Assembly: GCA_964016885.1 (NCBI GenBank)
Contig: OZ024746.1
Coordinates: 13,578,001 to 13,642,000, forward strand
Direction: 5' to 3'
Length of the DNA: 64,000 bases
DNA from: Eledone cirrhosa
Lineage: Eukaryota
Shown here: positions 21,690 through 36,459 of the stretch, piece by piece
Numbering within the stretch: position 1 is the stretch's first letter
Layout of the letters: each line of letters opens with the position of its first letter
The notes under the pieces: model-generated
The model's input: only the letters and a program-made list of their open reading frames with translations
The model's database searches: none
Told to the model about the DNA's origin: nothing
Made by a program: the position numbers and the translations under genes

Positions 21690-22207
21690 TGGAGTGGAGG
21701 TGGTAGTGAACGCCCCCCCCCCCCGTTCCACTGCCCCTGTATAAACCGCTTCCCACAAATTTAGACCGGAATTCCTCTCTTCATACTGAACTTAAAAAAA
21801 TATTTTGAAGAACTACAACATTTTACTTTCAGTGTGCGTGTGTTGAGTGTTTTCTCCAAGAGTAGTGTATATGGCATTTTGTCACTTTTTCTGTGAGCTA
21901 TAGGGAAATAGGCGGGAGATAGATATATAGATAAAAAGAGGGAGGGAGGTGTGTAATGGTAGTTTCAACGTAGTATGAGATGCTTTCAGTGCAGTTTATT
22001 GATCTGTTGCAGTTGTAAAGTTACCTGCTACTTTACTACTCCGCCTAACCCTTTCACTTGACTCACATCTCATATCTCACTTCAACTCTACACACTACCG
22101 CCACCGCTGCTATACTTTCTGTTGTTGACTTGCCGCAACATTTTACTGGCTCTAGCAGTGAACAGTTGTTGAAATATATTCTTCACAAGACAAACGGTAC
22201 ACAAGCG
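21690..22207 (+). promoter_or_regulatory. Candidate promoter/5' UTR of ADAR2
   Basis: C-rich tract, TATAAA near 21740, TCAGT Inr-like motifs near 21829 and 21986, and it lies at the edge of the CpG-retaining zone. Confidence 0.3.
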
Positions 22208-22313
22208 ATGTTGGCTTACTCTCGAGCTCCCTTTACACATGCTTACCACCACGTCTACAGAGAACGCCGGAGAAAGAAATACAGGAATGGATGGAATCAT
22301 GTATTACAATATT
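22208..22313 (+). CDS. ADAR2: Candidate first coding exon of ADAR2 with an Arg/Lys-rich motif (MLAYSRAPFTHAYHHVYRERRRKKYRNGWNHVLQY)
   Basis: ATG in GCGATGT context, non-repetitive coding-like sequence, donor T|GTTAGT in phase 1 matching the phase-1 acceptor at 29098. Confidence 0.55.
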
Positions 22314-22638
22314 GTTAGTTAGTTATTTTCTTTCTCGCCACTTGTTTTTGAACCCCCTCCCATCATACAAAAAATAACAACAAAAAAACAAAACAAAACA
22401 AACAACAAAAAATGAAACTACATATACTTTACGTTAAATTTATTTTTTTAATACCGACTTTTAATATTGTCATCATTCTGCCTTGTTTTTTCTTGGGGAC
22501 AGGGTGTTTATAAGATATTATTTTTTTATAATTAGTTAAAACAAATATGCAGTATTTATTTGTTTTGTTAAAACTTATTTTTAAATCAAGTTGTACTTAG
22601 TAGGATTTTGACAGTTCTCAAACTACTTGTGCATTTCG

Positions 22639-22700
<62 letters not shown>

Positions 22701-23018
22701 TATGCATTTGTTTTAGCGTGAACTTTTTTTCACCCACCTATTTTTTTAATTATTTTTTTTAAAAATATTATGCCTTGCTTTAAAAATCTGTCTTCACATT
22801 TTTGTTTTAAACATTAGATGTTTAGAATCTGACTAAAAATGTTTTCAGTTTAAAGAAAACAAAAAATTAAAGTTTGAACTGAGTAAGGTTAGGGGATTGT
22901 ATTGTTTCACTTTCTGACAATTTAAATGATGCTGTTTCACTTTCAATTTGTTAAGGATAAAAATATAATTACAAATGCCAAATATCAGCATCATCAGCAG
23001 CAGCATCAGCATCAGCAG

Positions 23019-23053
<35 letters not shown>

Positions 23054-24181
23054 CCATATACTTATCTATTTTGAATGCAAACGAAATATATCTATAAAAA
23101 AAAAAGTACTGTGACTGCAAATGTTAACCGTAAGCAGTTGCTGATTTTAAAATAAATTTAAAGTTGAAAAAAGATTTTTAAAAAATACTGAAAGTGATGT
23201 TAAAAGCAGGAACATTTGAAGAGTTCTTTGAGATATGGCTTAATAAAAAAATGTTAGAGGTGGTTTTAAAACCCCCAGCATTAAAACGAATAAATGGCCA
23301 TAGCATTTAACATATGTGCGTGTATATGCATTATATATATATATGATGTGTGTGCGAGCACATATTACATTTACACATTTCACTCATTTCACACATTATT
23401 TGGAATGTTGGCCAATGGTTTGAATTGTAACTTTTTCTTTCAGCTGAAGGCTGTGATGTTTTTTCTTCTTTAGGCTGTTATATGACCAGCATATTTTAAT
23501 GCTTTACCATATTTTATCTATCTTCTTTTGAGTTTATATGTTGTTGGGATTGATTTTGCTGTTCATCTTCTCTAGACTTAGGGGTTGGGTGGGAAACTTT
23601 GTAGTGGTGGTGGTGAGCACTTAACATATACTGTACATTTTATTCACTCAACTACATTGTGGAATTGCACCAGTTTGACATTATATAGTATTTAACCCGT
23701 TCGATATCAACCCATTTCCTCTACTTCTGCAATACAATATCTCTTGTTTTAAAGTTTTCATAGCATCTATAATAATAATTTAGTGAAAAAAAAAATTTTC
23801 TTCAGTTAACTGCCAAACACCAAGTGTAGTAATAAAACAATTTTACTAATCCCTGTAAATTCTGAATCTTTTTTCAAATTTTAATAGAAATATGCCCTTG
23901 TAGACTTGCTGTTCTCTGTTCAAACTCTACTAGGATTATTATTATTATTATCATCATCATCACACAAACTTTCTCATGCTGTCATGGGTTGGACGGGACG
24001 TTTTGAGACATTTTATGCCGGATACATTTCCTGACACCAACCGTTTTAGCTGCTTTTTACAAGGAATACAGTGTAGCTATTTTAAACCAGGATACATAGG
24101 TTTCAGTGAAAAAACCCAACACTACTAGTAATATGGCTGGATGGTGATGTGGGTCAGTGTGATGAAACTATATATATTAAG

Positions 24182-25398
24182 GCCGACACCTATATGTAAT
24201 AAGACTGATATCTATATGTAATAAGACTGATATCTATATGTAATAAGACTGATATCTATATGTAATAAGACTGACACCTATATGTAATAAGACTGATATC
24301 TATATGTAATAAGACTGATATCTATATGTAATAAGACTGATATCTATATGTAATAAGACTGATATCTATATGTAATAAGACTGATATCTATATGTAATAA
24401 GACTGATATCTATATGTAATAAGACTGATATCTATATGTAATAAGACTGATATCTATATGTAATAAGGCTGATATCTATATGTAATAAGGCTGATATCTA
24501 TATGTAATAAGACTGATATCTATATGTAATAAGACTGATATCTATATGTAATAAGACTGATATCTATATGTAATAAGACTGATATCTATATGTAATAAGA
24601 CTGATATCTATATGTAATAAGACTGATATCTATATGTAATAAGACTGATATCTATATGTAATAAGACTGATATCTATATGTAATAAGACTGATATCTATA
24701 TGTAATAAGGCTGATATCTATATGTAATAAGGCTGATATCTATATGTAATAAGACTGATATCTATATGTAATAAGACTGATATCTATATGTAATAAGACT
24801 GACACCTATATGTAATAAGACTGATATCTATATGTAATAAGGCTGATATCTATATGTAATAAGACTGATATCTATATGTAATAAGACTGACACCTATATG
24901 TAATAAGACTGATATCTATATGTAATAAGACTGATATCTATATGTAATAAGACTGATATCTATATGTAATAAGACTGATATCTATATGTAATAAGACTGA
25001 TATCTATATGTAATAAGACTGATATAGATATCAGTCTTATTACATATAGATATCAGTCTTATTACATATAGATATGTAATAAGACTGATATCTATATGTA
25101 ATAAGGCTGATATCTATATGTAATAAGGCTGATATCTATATGTAATAAGACTGATATCTATATGTAATAAGACTGACACCTATATGTAATAAGACTGACA
25201 CCTATATGTAATAAGACTGATATCTATATGTAATAAGACTGATATCTATATGTAATAAGACTGATATCTATATGTAATAAGACTGATATCTATATGTAAT
25301 AAGACTGATATCTATATGTAATAAGACTGATATCTATATGTAATAAGACTGATATCTATATGTAATAAGACTGATATCTATATGTAATAAGACTGATA
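24182..25398. repeat. 22-bp minisatellite (GACTGATATCTATATGTAATAA), roughly 55 units, with about two inverted units at ~25022-25075
   Basis: Direct inspection. Confidence 0.97.
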
Positions 25399-26539
25399 TG
25401 TTAAAATACCACAAATAATCTGTGGCATAATAGTACCTTTCAGTGATTAGAATCTGCTACAATTTGGTTTCCAGAGAACTTGACGTAGGCTAGAACGGGT
25501 TTTGCATCCCTTTCATCCCCCTGAATCATTGTCTCTATTGAAGGGTTAAAGATAGAATTGTGCAGCATTTAGTTACATCCCTCTTATGTTCTGAGTTGAA
25601 ATCCCACTGAAGTTAACTTTGCTTTTTATCCTTCATGGGGGTCAATAAAATAAAGTATCAGTAAAACCCCGGGGCTCATAATTTTTTTAATTTTTTTTTA
25701 ATTTTTTTTTAATTTTTTATTTTTTTTAAATTTATTATTTCTCTATTGAAACATATGCATTGTTTGAATTTCTCTTTTTCATTAAAATTATTTAAGTTGA
25801 AGTTTTCATTCATATTGAATTCTCACTTTAAAAGTATGTAAGAAGAGATATAGAGATGGATAGTGTGTTATTACCATACACTTTACTATAAGACTATATA
25901 TAATATGGTGCTGATTGGGAAAGGGAGCATTCTAAATTGTTAAATTAAAGTAAAAAGGAATCTATTTTAACAAAGGGTTGTATTTTACTTAAAGCATTGT
26001 GGAATAAGAAATACATATTTAACTAGGAAATAAGTTTAAATATTTGGAAGTTTCTACAAATCTGATTTTGACACTTTGGCTGTTTTCTAGAAAGTCTGTA
26101 TCGTGTTGCATAATTTTTCCTCTTCTTCTTCCTCACCCACTTATTCTTGAGAGGGTCGTAGGGACAGAGTCCTCAAACACTTCTTCCGGCAGGTCCTGTC
26201 AGAAGCAACCGTAATTGTGTAATTCAGGTTTTGGTAGTGTGTGTGTTATAGAGATGGATTAAATGTTCGAGGAGTCTATTCACTTTTTTCTGTCTCTATG
26301 GATAATTTACCCAATTCTCTCACCTATACATCGTCTATAGTCATGGTCGCTCTCTGACAGGTCAAACCTGTAGTAGTGGAAACTTCTGGTGTCCTTGGCT
26401 CTAGGGCCATCTCCCTACTCACCACCATCAGCACAGTCATTAACAGTTATTACAGTTATTTTCCATTTTGGATTCTCACACTTTCTGATTTTAAACACTC
26501 CCAGTGTTTTGATAATTCATTGTTTCATCTTTTGTCATT

Positions 26540-26588
<49 letters not shown>

Positions 26589-27349
26589 TATATATATATT
26601 ATATATTTGTTATATTTTAACGATACAATTTCTATTTTTTTTTACCTATTTAAAATAATTCTTAATATATTGTAAATGTAGTTGGTGTTAGGAAGGGCAT
26701 CCAGCTGTAAAATAGCTACCCAAATTTAGTCCTTTTCGGAGCAAGGTGTGGCATGGCTAACTCTGGCCAGACTTGCCTCCCAGTGGGGCGGCCTGTCTAA
26801 CTCATGCAAGCATGGAAAAATGGGTGCTAAATGGTGATGATGGACCATTGTGGTAACCTATACATGGTTGCTCGATCAGCTAAAATTAAGATCTGAGCCT
26901 GAATCTACTGCTTTCCCATCATATCATCTTCAATAAAGAAAGAACTCCTTAAAAGACAATGTAATTTCACATGTCCCTAAAACCATGTTAGGGTCACAAC
27001 CGTAATACTTCTGATTCTAGATTTACTCACTCAGGCTGACCTGGGGCTAAATAATAATTTTACATATCAAACTTGCATGTCATTTTATAAGATGTTCTAT
27101 TACTGGAAACAAAGAAAGCTATATTTTCTGAACTTTTGCACAATTCTGTAATATGTGATATATGGATGTATAAAGTGTTATTATATAATTACATGCTTTC
27201 ATCCTTATGGGAATCGATAAAATAAAGTACCAGTAATGCACTGGGGTTGATTTAATCGACTCTCCCCTCCCCTTCAAATTGCTAGCCTTGTGCCACATGT
27301 AGAAACAATTATATAATTACATGTGTGTAAAGCATTTCATTATATAATA

Positions 27350-27350
<1 letters not shown>

Positions 27351-27390
<40 letters not shown>

Positions 27391-27535
27391 GACACACAGA
27401 CAGACAGACAGACAGACAGACACACACAGACACACACACAGACAGACAGACAGACACACACACAGACAGACACACACACAGACACACACACAGACACACA
27501 CAGACAGACAGACACACACACAGACAGACACACAG
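27351..27535. repeat. (CA)n/(CAGA)n compound microsatellite
   Basis: Direct inspection. Confidence 0.9.
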
Positions 27536-28329
27536 TACAAGGTTGTCCAAAATACATTAGTCTTGCTTCAGTAAGAATTTTTAGAAATATGGTGTCTTGA
27601 AATTTACACACACTTTCATGTGTGTGTGTGCGCACACACACGTTTATACCTATCATTTACCCCCCTCTCCTGTACACATATACATGTGTTGTGTGTGTGT
27701 ATATATATATGTCACTATTTATTGGTTGTTTGCTGCAAGAAGTGTGAAAGCTGTGTATGTACAGACAACAAAAGCCCCCTTTAAGAGAAGCCAGCTGCCT
27801 GTCTTCTGGTTGGCTGTGGAAGAACAAGTATCATGCTTTGCTCTTGTCTTTTAAGGAATATACTTTGAAAATTTGATATCTTGTGGAATTTATCATAAAA
27901 AATATCTCTTCGGTATTCCTCTTTGTTATTCAAAGAAGAAAAACATTTGACAGTATTTGGTATTGTCAGTGATAACAGCACTGGAATAGTCGGAACATGT
28001 TAGATTCTCAGACTTTTATCTGTTGAGCAATTTTTGAAAAAAATTAACAAAAAAAAAAAAACCCTATGTAAAATTTTCTGCATTTTCTCCTTCACTTTAA
28101 TTTTCTTTATTGGTTCATAACTAAATTTTAATGTTTTAAAAAAAAAAAATGTTTATCTTTATTCTTAGTAAAATATGTACATTTTGAATTTCTTTAACCT
28201 GTATATTATGAATTATACTAACTATAGTACTAACTTGATTTCTTATTTCATTTCTACATGTAAATTACTATCAATATGTTGAAATATTTTCTACCTTGTG
28301 TATATTATTGTTGTTGCTGTTATTTTGGT

Positions 28330-28940
28330 AGCGGATTGCCAGTATTTGGTAAAATGTTGGACAAAATGCTTTGTAGTATTTAGTTGAGATTGTCTACTTT
28401 CTGAGTTTAACTGAGGTTAACTTTGTCTTTCATCCTTCTCATATTGATAAAATAATGTACCAGTTAAATTGTACCTCTAAATTGCTGGCCTTGTGCCAAT
28501 TTTAGAATTATTATATTATCATGAGGGTGTACATTGGCAGAATTGTAGATAATTACCTGTCAGATAATGGAAGTAGTGATGATGATGGTGGTGGTGGTGC
28601 TGATGGCTGACATCAATCTAATGAGTTATGTATATACGGAGTTGGTGGAGTTGTAGGGGCCCTCACACAGCGTTTCTTGGATTTTTTAAACCTGGTGGAG
28701 CCCATCCTTTTCCAGGTATGAACACAGCTGAGTTCTTCTAGAGAAGGAGAGAGAGTGAGATAGAGGGAAAATCAACCCAAGTACTAGACTGCTGCATTTT
28801 TTTAATTTTTTTTTATTGACCTCAAAAGAATGAAAAACAAGTTAACCGTGGCAGAATTTGAACTCAGAATGCAGAGAACCAGAACGAATACTTCAAAGCA
28901 TTCTATCTGATGTTCTAAACATTCTACAAATTTGCCACCT
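28330..28940. mobile_element. Two old family A SINE copies in inverted orientation (+ ~28330-28510; - ~28770-28940)
   Basis: Degenerate matches: CTGAGTTTAACTGAGGTTAACTTTGTCTTTCATCC and its complement-type GAATGAAAAACAAGTTAACCGTGGCAGAATTTGAACTCAG. Confidence 0.65.
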
Positions 28941-29097
28941 CTAATAAGTTACACTCTTTATCAAACTTTGTGCTTTTAGAAACTATTATTATATATTTTA
29001 GTGGTTTGGAATAATATTTACTGTAAGCTTTTCATTTTATCTTTAATTGTTAATAAAAGTGAAATAAAATAGTCCATTATTTTTTCTTTTCCTTCAG

Positions 29098-29865
29098 ATG
29101 GTGAACAAGATGTGAAGTCTGAAGAAGGTGAAAACAAAGACGGCAAAGGAGAAATGTCAGCCCAGAAGCGCTCCTTTCCCTGGAATGGTGAAAATGGCAG
29201 TGGTCGTCCATCGAACAAGAAGAAGAAAGCTCATGGTCCTACTCTTCCAAAGAATGCGTTGATGCAACTTAATGAAATAAAGCCTGGCTTGGAATTTCAA
29301 TTAATGGGTCAAACTGGGCCTGTTCACGCTCCAACATTTAATATGAAAGTGGAGGTGAATGGCGAAATCTTTGAAGGAGCTGGTTCTACAAAAAAGAAGG
29401 CCAAACTTCAGGCTGCAGAGAAAGCTCTACGATCTTTTGTTCAATTCCGAAATGCATCTGAAGCATATCAGGCGATGGGCAAAAAGGTGAATTCGTTAGA
29501 TTTTACATCAGATACAGCAGATATTGGTACTTTTATAAATGATTTTGAAGATAAAGTGGAAGGTGAAAATAATGAAGTTGCTCAAGGGGTTCCCAAAGCA
29601 AACGGTTCCCATACAAATCAGAAATCTACGTTACCTCCCCAGCCTGCTGGTAAAAATCCTGTAATGATTTTGAATGAATTAAGGCCAGGCTTAAAGTATG
29701 AATTTGTTTCTGAATCAGGTGAGAGCCATACCAAAACATTTGTGATGCAGATTACAGTGGATGGCATTGATTTTGAAGGTACTGGCCGTAACAAGAAGCA
29801 AGCAAAAGCTAGGGCTGCCCAAGCTGCCCTTGCACAAGTTTTTAATATGCAACTGTTCCCACCTG
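29098..29865 (+). CDS. ADAR2: ADAR2 (double-stranded RNA-specific adenosine deaminase, ADARB1-like) exon encoding bipartite NLS, dsRBD1 (~29247-29441) and dsRBD2 (~29652-29845)
   Basis: [49 protein letters not shown] and [37 protein letters not shown] match vertebrate ADAR2; acceptor TTTTCCTTCAG and donor G|GTGAGT; 768 nt, phase 1-1. Confidence 0.97.
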
Positions 29866-30213
29866 GTGAGTACTTTGGCTTTCATTTACATCTCTTTCAC
29901 TTAGGACTGACTATATGACTTATGAAATGTTTTCAATTCCCCTTAATTTTTTATAAGAATATTTTTTTATGATGACCATGACTCATAATGTAATTACAGA
30001 TAATTATTTCAACTATTAATTTGTTTTGTAGCTATTAACCCTTTCAACGGTATCTACACACACAATTATGTATATGTGAAATTATATATATATATATATA
30101 TATGTGAAATTATATATATGTAAATATATATATATGTGTATATATGTGCACATATATGTGTGCATATGCATATGTGTGTATATATGTACATGAGTGTGTG
30201 TATGTCTATGTGA

Positions 30214-30252
<39 letters not shown>

Positions 30253-30257
30253 AAATA

Positions 30258-30328
30258 CAGGATGCAGCAGAAAAACCTTCCATATTTTACATGGTCACTG
30301 TAAAATATGGAAGGTTGTTCTACTGCAC

Positions 30329-30332
<4 letters not shown>
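30258..30332. mobile_element. 75-bp palindromic Tc1/mariner-type MITE
   Basis: TA-CAGGATGCAGCAGAAAAACCTTCCATATTTTACA / TGTAAAATATGGAAGGTTGTTCTACTGCACCCTG arms with a 7-nt spacer. Confidence 0.8.
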
Positions 30333-30375
<43 letters not shown>

Positions 30376-32394
30376 AACACAGCTGTTCAACTTTCATATT
30401 TTTTGGTATTAGTTTATTTTTCTCCTAAATCCATAATACTATTTATGTGTCAAGACCTTAACAGCTCCATTTTCAGAATAAGAATGACAACAGTTTTGTT
30501 GTGTTGTTCATACACCTTGCTTGATCCCAGAGGAATTATGGAATACTAGTAAAATTTTTAATGTTGGATTTAAAAAATAGAAAGAAAAAACTATTCAACA
30601 ATTGTGTTCTGATAGGTTTTGAGAATAAATTTTTTATTATTCCCATGATCCTTTGCAATAACTGCAAAGTGTGTGAACAACATTCTATTACTTCCTTCCT
30701 CTCTGTCTGAAGATGGAGAGAATATGAAGGCTTTGACACAAGAAACAAGTAGTAAGGAAATATGAAAAATTCTTAAAGGGAATTTGTCAAAATTGAACGA
30801 AATCATGTTTTTAAGATAAGATTTAAAATAAAAGCTGTTCTTTGTGTGTGCGTGTGTATAAGTGTGCACAAATGTGTGTATGTATATCTGTATATAGGTA
30901 TATATTTGTATATAGTTGTATATCTGTATATAGGTATATATTTATATATATATGGATACATATATATGTATGCATCAGTATTTTTGTGTATGCAATTATG
31001 TATGTATATATTTATGTATATGCATGTGTGTGATATATATATATATACATATACATGAACATCTATGTATATTATATATATGTATATATTTTGTGTGTGT
31101 GTGTGTATATATATATATATACATACACACACACACACATACATATATATATGCACACACGCACACATACATACATGCATATACACATATTTCCACACAG
31201 GCTTTCTGACATAGCCATTTATTTATGACTTCTTTCTCTCCAAGTGTCAAAACATGGTCTTTTGATTTTTTTTTTTGTTTTGTTGCTTTTGCAATTCTGA
31301 TCAGGTTTGTGTGCCATTTTGATGCTGAAGAAGAATGAAGTAGCCTTTGCTCTTAGATTTCAGTCAGAAAGTAGAGAATGTGGTCTTATTAATTCCTTTC
31401 TTTTTTCCCTCCCCCTCTTATGTTTCAATTCTGTTGGTATTATTACCGATGGAAGGGTTAAAAATCATTTAATGTTTTGTTTTTCGTCATAATTAAAAGA
31501 AATCATTGGTCATAAACCTTTAAGTAGTTTAAATTTAGTTACTTATACATACCAGAGAGAGTAACTTGTCGTGTTTTATATGTAAAAAAAAAAAAGCCCT
31601 GATGTAATACTAATTTACTTACTGTCCTGACAAAACCACGACAACTTCTATAATTTATGGACTAACTGTTATTTCTTATGAAATGTTGAAGTGGCAAAAT
31701 GTTGGAAGAGCAACTTGTCAAAAGAGAGTATAAATTACTCATTTCTTTGGTCCTTTGGCATGAAGTTCTTTCACCATTATGTCACTTTGCCATTTCACAG
31801 AATATAACTAAAAAACTGACCAAGTGTAGGTACCCCTGCCAGAGATTCAATATCATTTGGTTAGTTGAGCTGATGTGGTACCTGTCTGCTGGTCAGTGGC
31901 AAAAATCTGTGGAGTGGCAAAGTGAGGGAATGGTGTCAAGACATCCTGCTGCTATTGTGAACATCACAGTGCACTGTATGAGCTTGTGTTTATATACCAT
32001 TTCGCCACTTTGCTTGTATTTATATAACTTTGCTTTGTTTCTTTTTTTTTTTTTTCTTTTTTTTTTTTTTTTTGCTATTCTCCAGAGAATGAGCAATCCC
32101 GGAACTGATTGATCCTCAGAAACAAGCTGGGAACATAAAAAAGTCTGACCAGCTAATCCTCCGGGGCTTTTTCTGGGATACTAGCTTTTGCAGGTCAGCT
32201 CTGATGGATATTTCACTTCCAAATAAGCTGATTTATTATCACATTTCAGTTCTAGGAAGAATTGTCCAGGTACTCCACAAATTTCTGATAATGCTACCTT
32301 TTTGTGAAGAAAAAGTTACTCATTTTCCCAAAAACTCATAACCACTTTGCCAACTCTAATTTGTGATAGGGGGTGGAATGGTCGGTGGTAAAAC

Positions 32395-32444
<50 letters not shown>

Positions 32445-32531
32445 ATGTATGTATATATATATATATATGTATATGTTTATGTATGTGTATATATATATAT
32501 CTATATATATATATATATATATATATGTTTG

Positions 32532-32562
<31 letters not shown>

Positions 32563-32627
32563 GTTTGTATATGTATGTGTGTATATATATATGTTTGTAT
32601 GTGCGTGTATATATATGTTTGTATATA

Positions 32628-32747
<120 letters not shown>

Positions 32748-32751
32748 GATG

Positions 32752-32802
32752 AGATTCTACAGGACTAGAACTGTTTCATTCATTAGAAATCATCAGGAAT
32801 CT
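32752..32802 (-). ncRNA. Type I hammerhead ribozyme motif (antisense copy in the left arm)
   Basis: Exact reverse complement of 33182-33232. Confidence 0.8.
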
Positions 32803-33181
32803 GGGTATCAAAAAATAAATATGGTATTTATAGGTCTCTACAAGTGGTAGGAGAGGGTGGGGAGTGGGATGGGTGCAGGTCATTGGTTGATAGAGAAGGG
32901 AATTCATTAAAGGCTAATTCTACATAGCTATAGTTAATTTATATTTATTTATGTTTTTAGAGTAACAAAGGAATGGTATGCCATCCGGAACTTGTTTATA
33001 GATTTCTGTCTGCCTTTGTTACTCTAAAAACATAAATAAATATAAATTAACTATAGCTATGTAGAATTAGCCTTTAATGAATTCCCTTCTCTATCAACCA
33101 ATGACCTGCACCCATCCCACTCCCCACCCTCTCCTACCACTTGTAGAGACCTATAAATACCATATTTATTTTTTGATACCC

Positions 33182-33232
33182 AGATTCCTGATGATTTCTA
33201 ATGAATGAAACAGTTCTAGTCCTGTAGAATCT
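33182..33232 (+). ncRNA. Type I hammerhead ribozyme motif, sense to the ADAR2 pre-mRNA
   Basis: AGAUUC-CUGAUGA-U UUC UAAU GAA U-GAA-ACAG-UUCUAGUC-CUGU-A^-GAAUCU; predicted cleavage after 33226. Confidence 0.8.
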
Positions 33233-33314
33233 CATCTATATTAAAACTATTATACTCTGCTATGTATTGAGTACCTTACTTACTGTGGTTACCTCCGATT
33301 CAACCCGGAATAAC

Positions 33315-35740
<2,426 letters not shown>

Positions 35741-35741
35741 A

Positions 35742-35818
35742 CAGGGTGTCCCCAAAATGTATACATACTTCAACAACATTCTAATCAAAGTGTGTATACA
35801 TTCTTTTGGGACATCCTG
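35742..35818. mobile_element. Tc1/mariner-type MITE
   Basis: TA-CAGGGTGTCCCCAAAATGTATACA...TGTATACATTCTTTTGGGACATCCTG-TA; TIRs and TA target duplication. Confidence 0.85.
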
Positions 35819-35838
35819 TATATGTGTTTGTATATGTA

Positions 35839-35869
<31 letters not shown>

Positions 35870-36177
35870 GTTTGTATATGTATGCATATATATATGTATA
35901 TACCTGTTTGTGTGTATGTATACATATATTTGTATTTGTGTATATATGTGTCTGTATATGTATATATATATACATAAGTTTAAATGTATGTGTAAATATA
36001 CACACGTTTATATGTATGTGTATACACACATGTATATGTGTTTGTATGTATATATATATATATGTTTTTGCGTGTATATATATATTTATTTATATATATT
36101 GTTTTGCGTGCATGTATTTATGTATATATACATATACACACACACATATACACACATGCATAAACATGTTGTTATGC

Positions 36178-36260
<83 letters not shown>

Positions 36261-36331
36261 CACATACACATACATACAAATATACAAGGAAGAGGAAGAC
36301 AGTACTCAATACAAAAATGTAGAGTGGTATG

Positions 36332-36459
36332 TTATTTATTAGAAACTGAATTTTTACAAATTGATACTCTGAGTTTCATGTTTCTAATAGAATTGTTCCA
36401 AGATTGGTAACATGAAACTTACTGTAGCAATTAGTGCAGCTTCAGTTTCTAATAAATAA
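36332..36459. repeat. Imperfect inverted repeat with ~55-60 bp arms
   Basis: TTATTTATTAGAAACTGAA / TTCAGTTTCTAATAAATAA outer arms and GAGTTTCATGTT / AACATGAAACTT inner arms. Confidence 0.8.

Noticed and set aside
22926-23114. His/Gln-rich ORF
   Set aside because: (CAT)n/(CAG)n trinucleotide repeat with no splice support
29866-29918. C-terminal tail of the ADAR2 ORF (EYFGFHLHL...)
   Set aside because: Read-through past the GTGAGT donor into the intron
32972-33012. YKQVPDGIP peptide in the palindrome loop resembling an RT motif
   Set aside because: Too short to distinguish from chance
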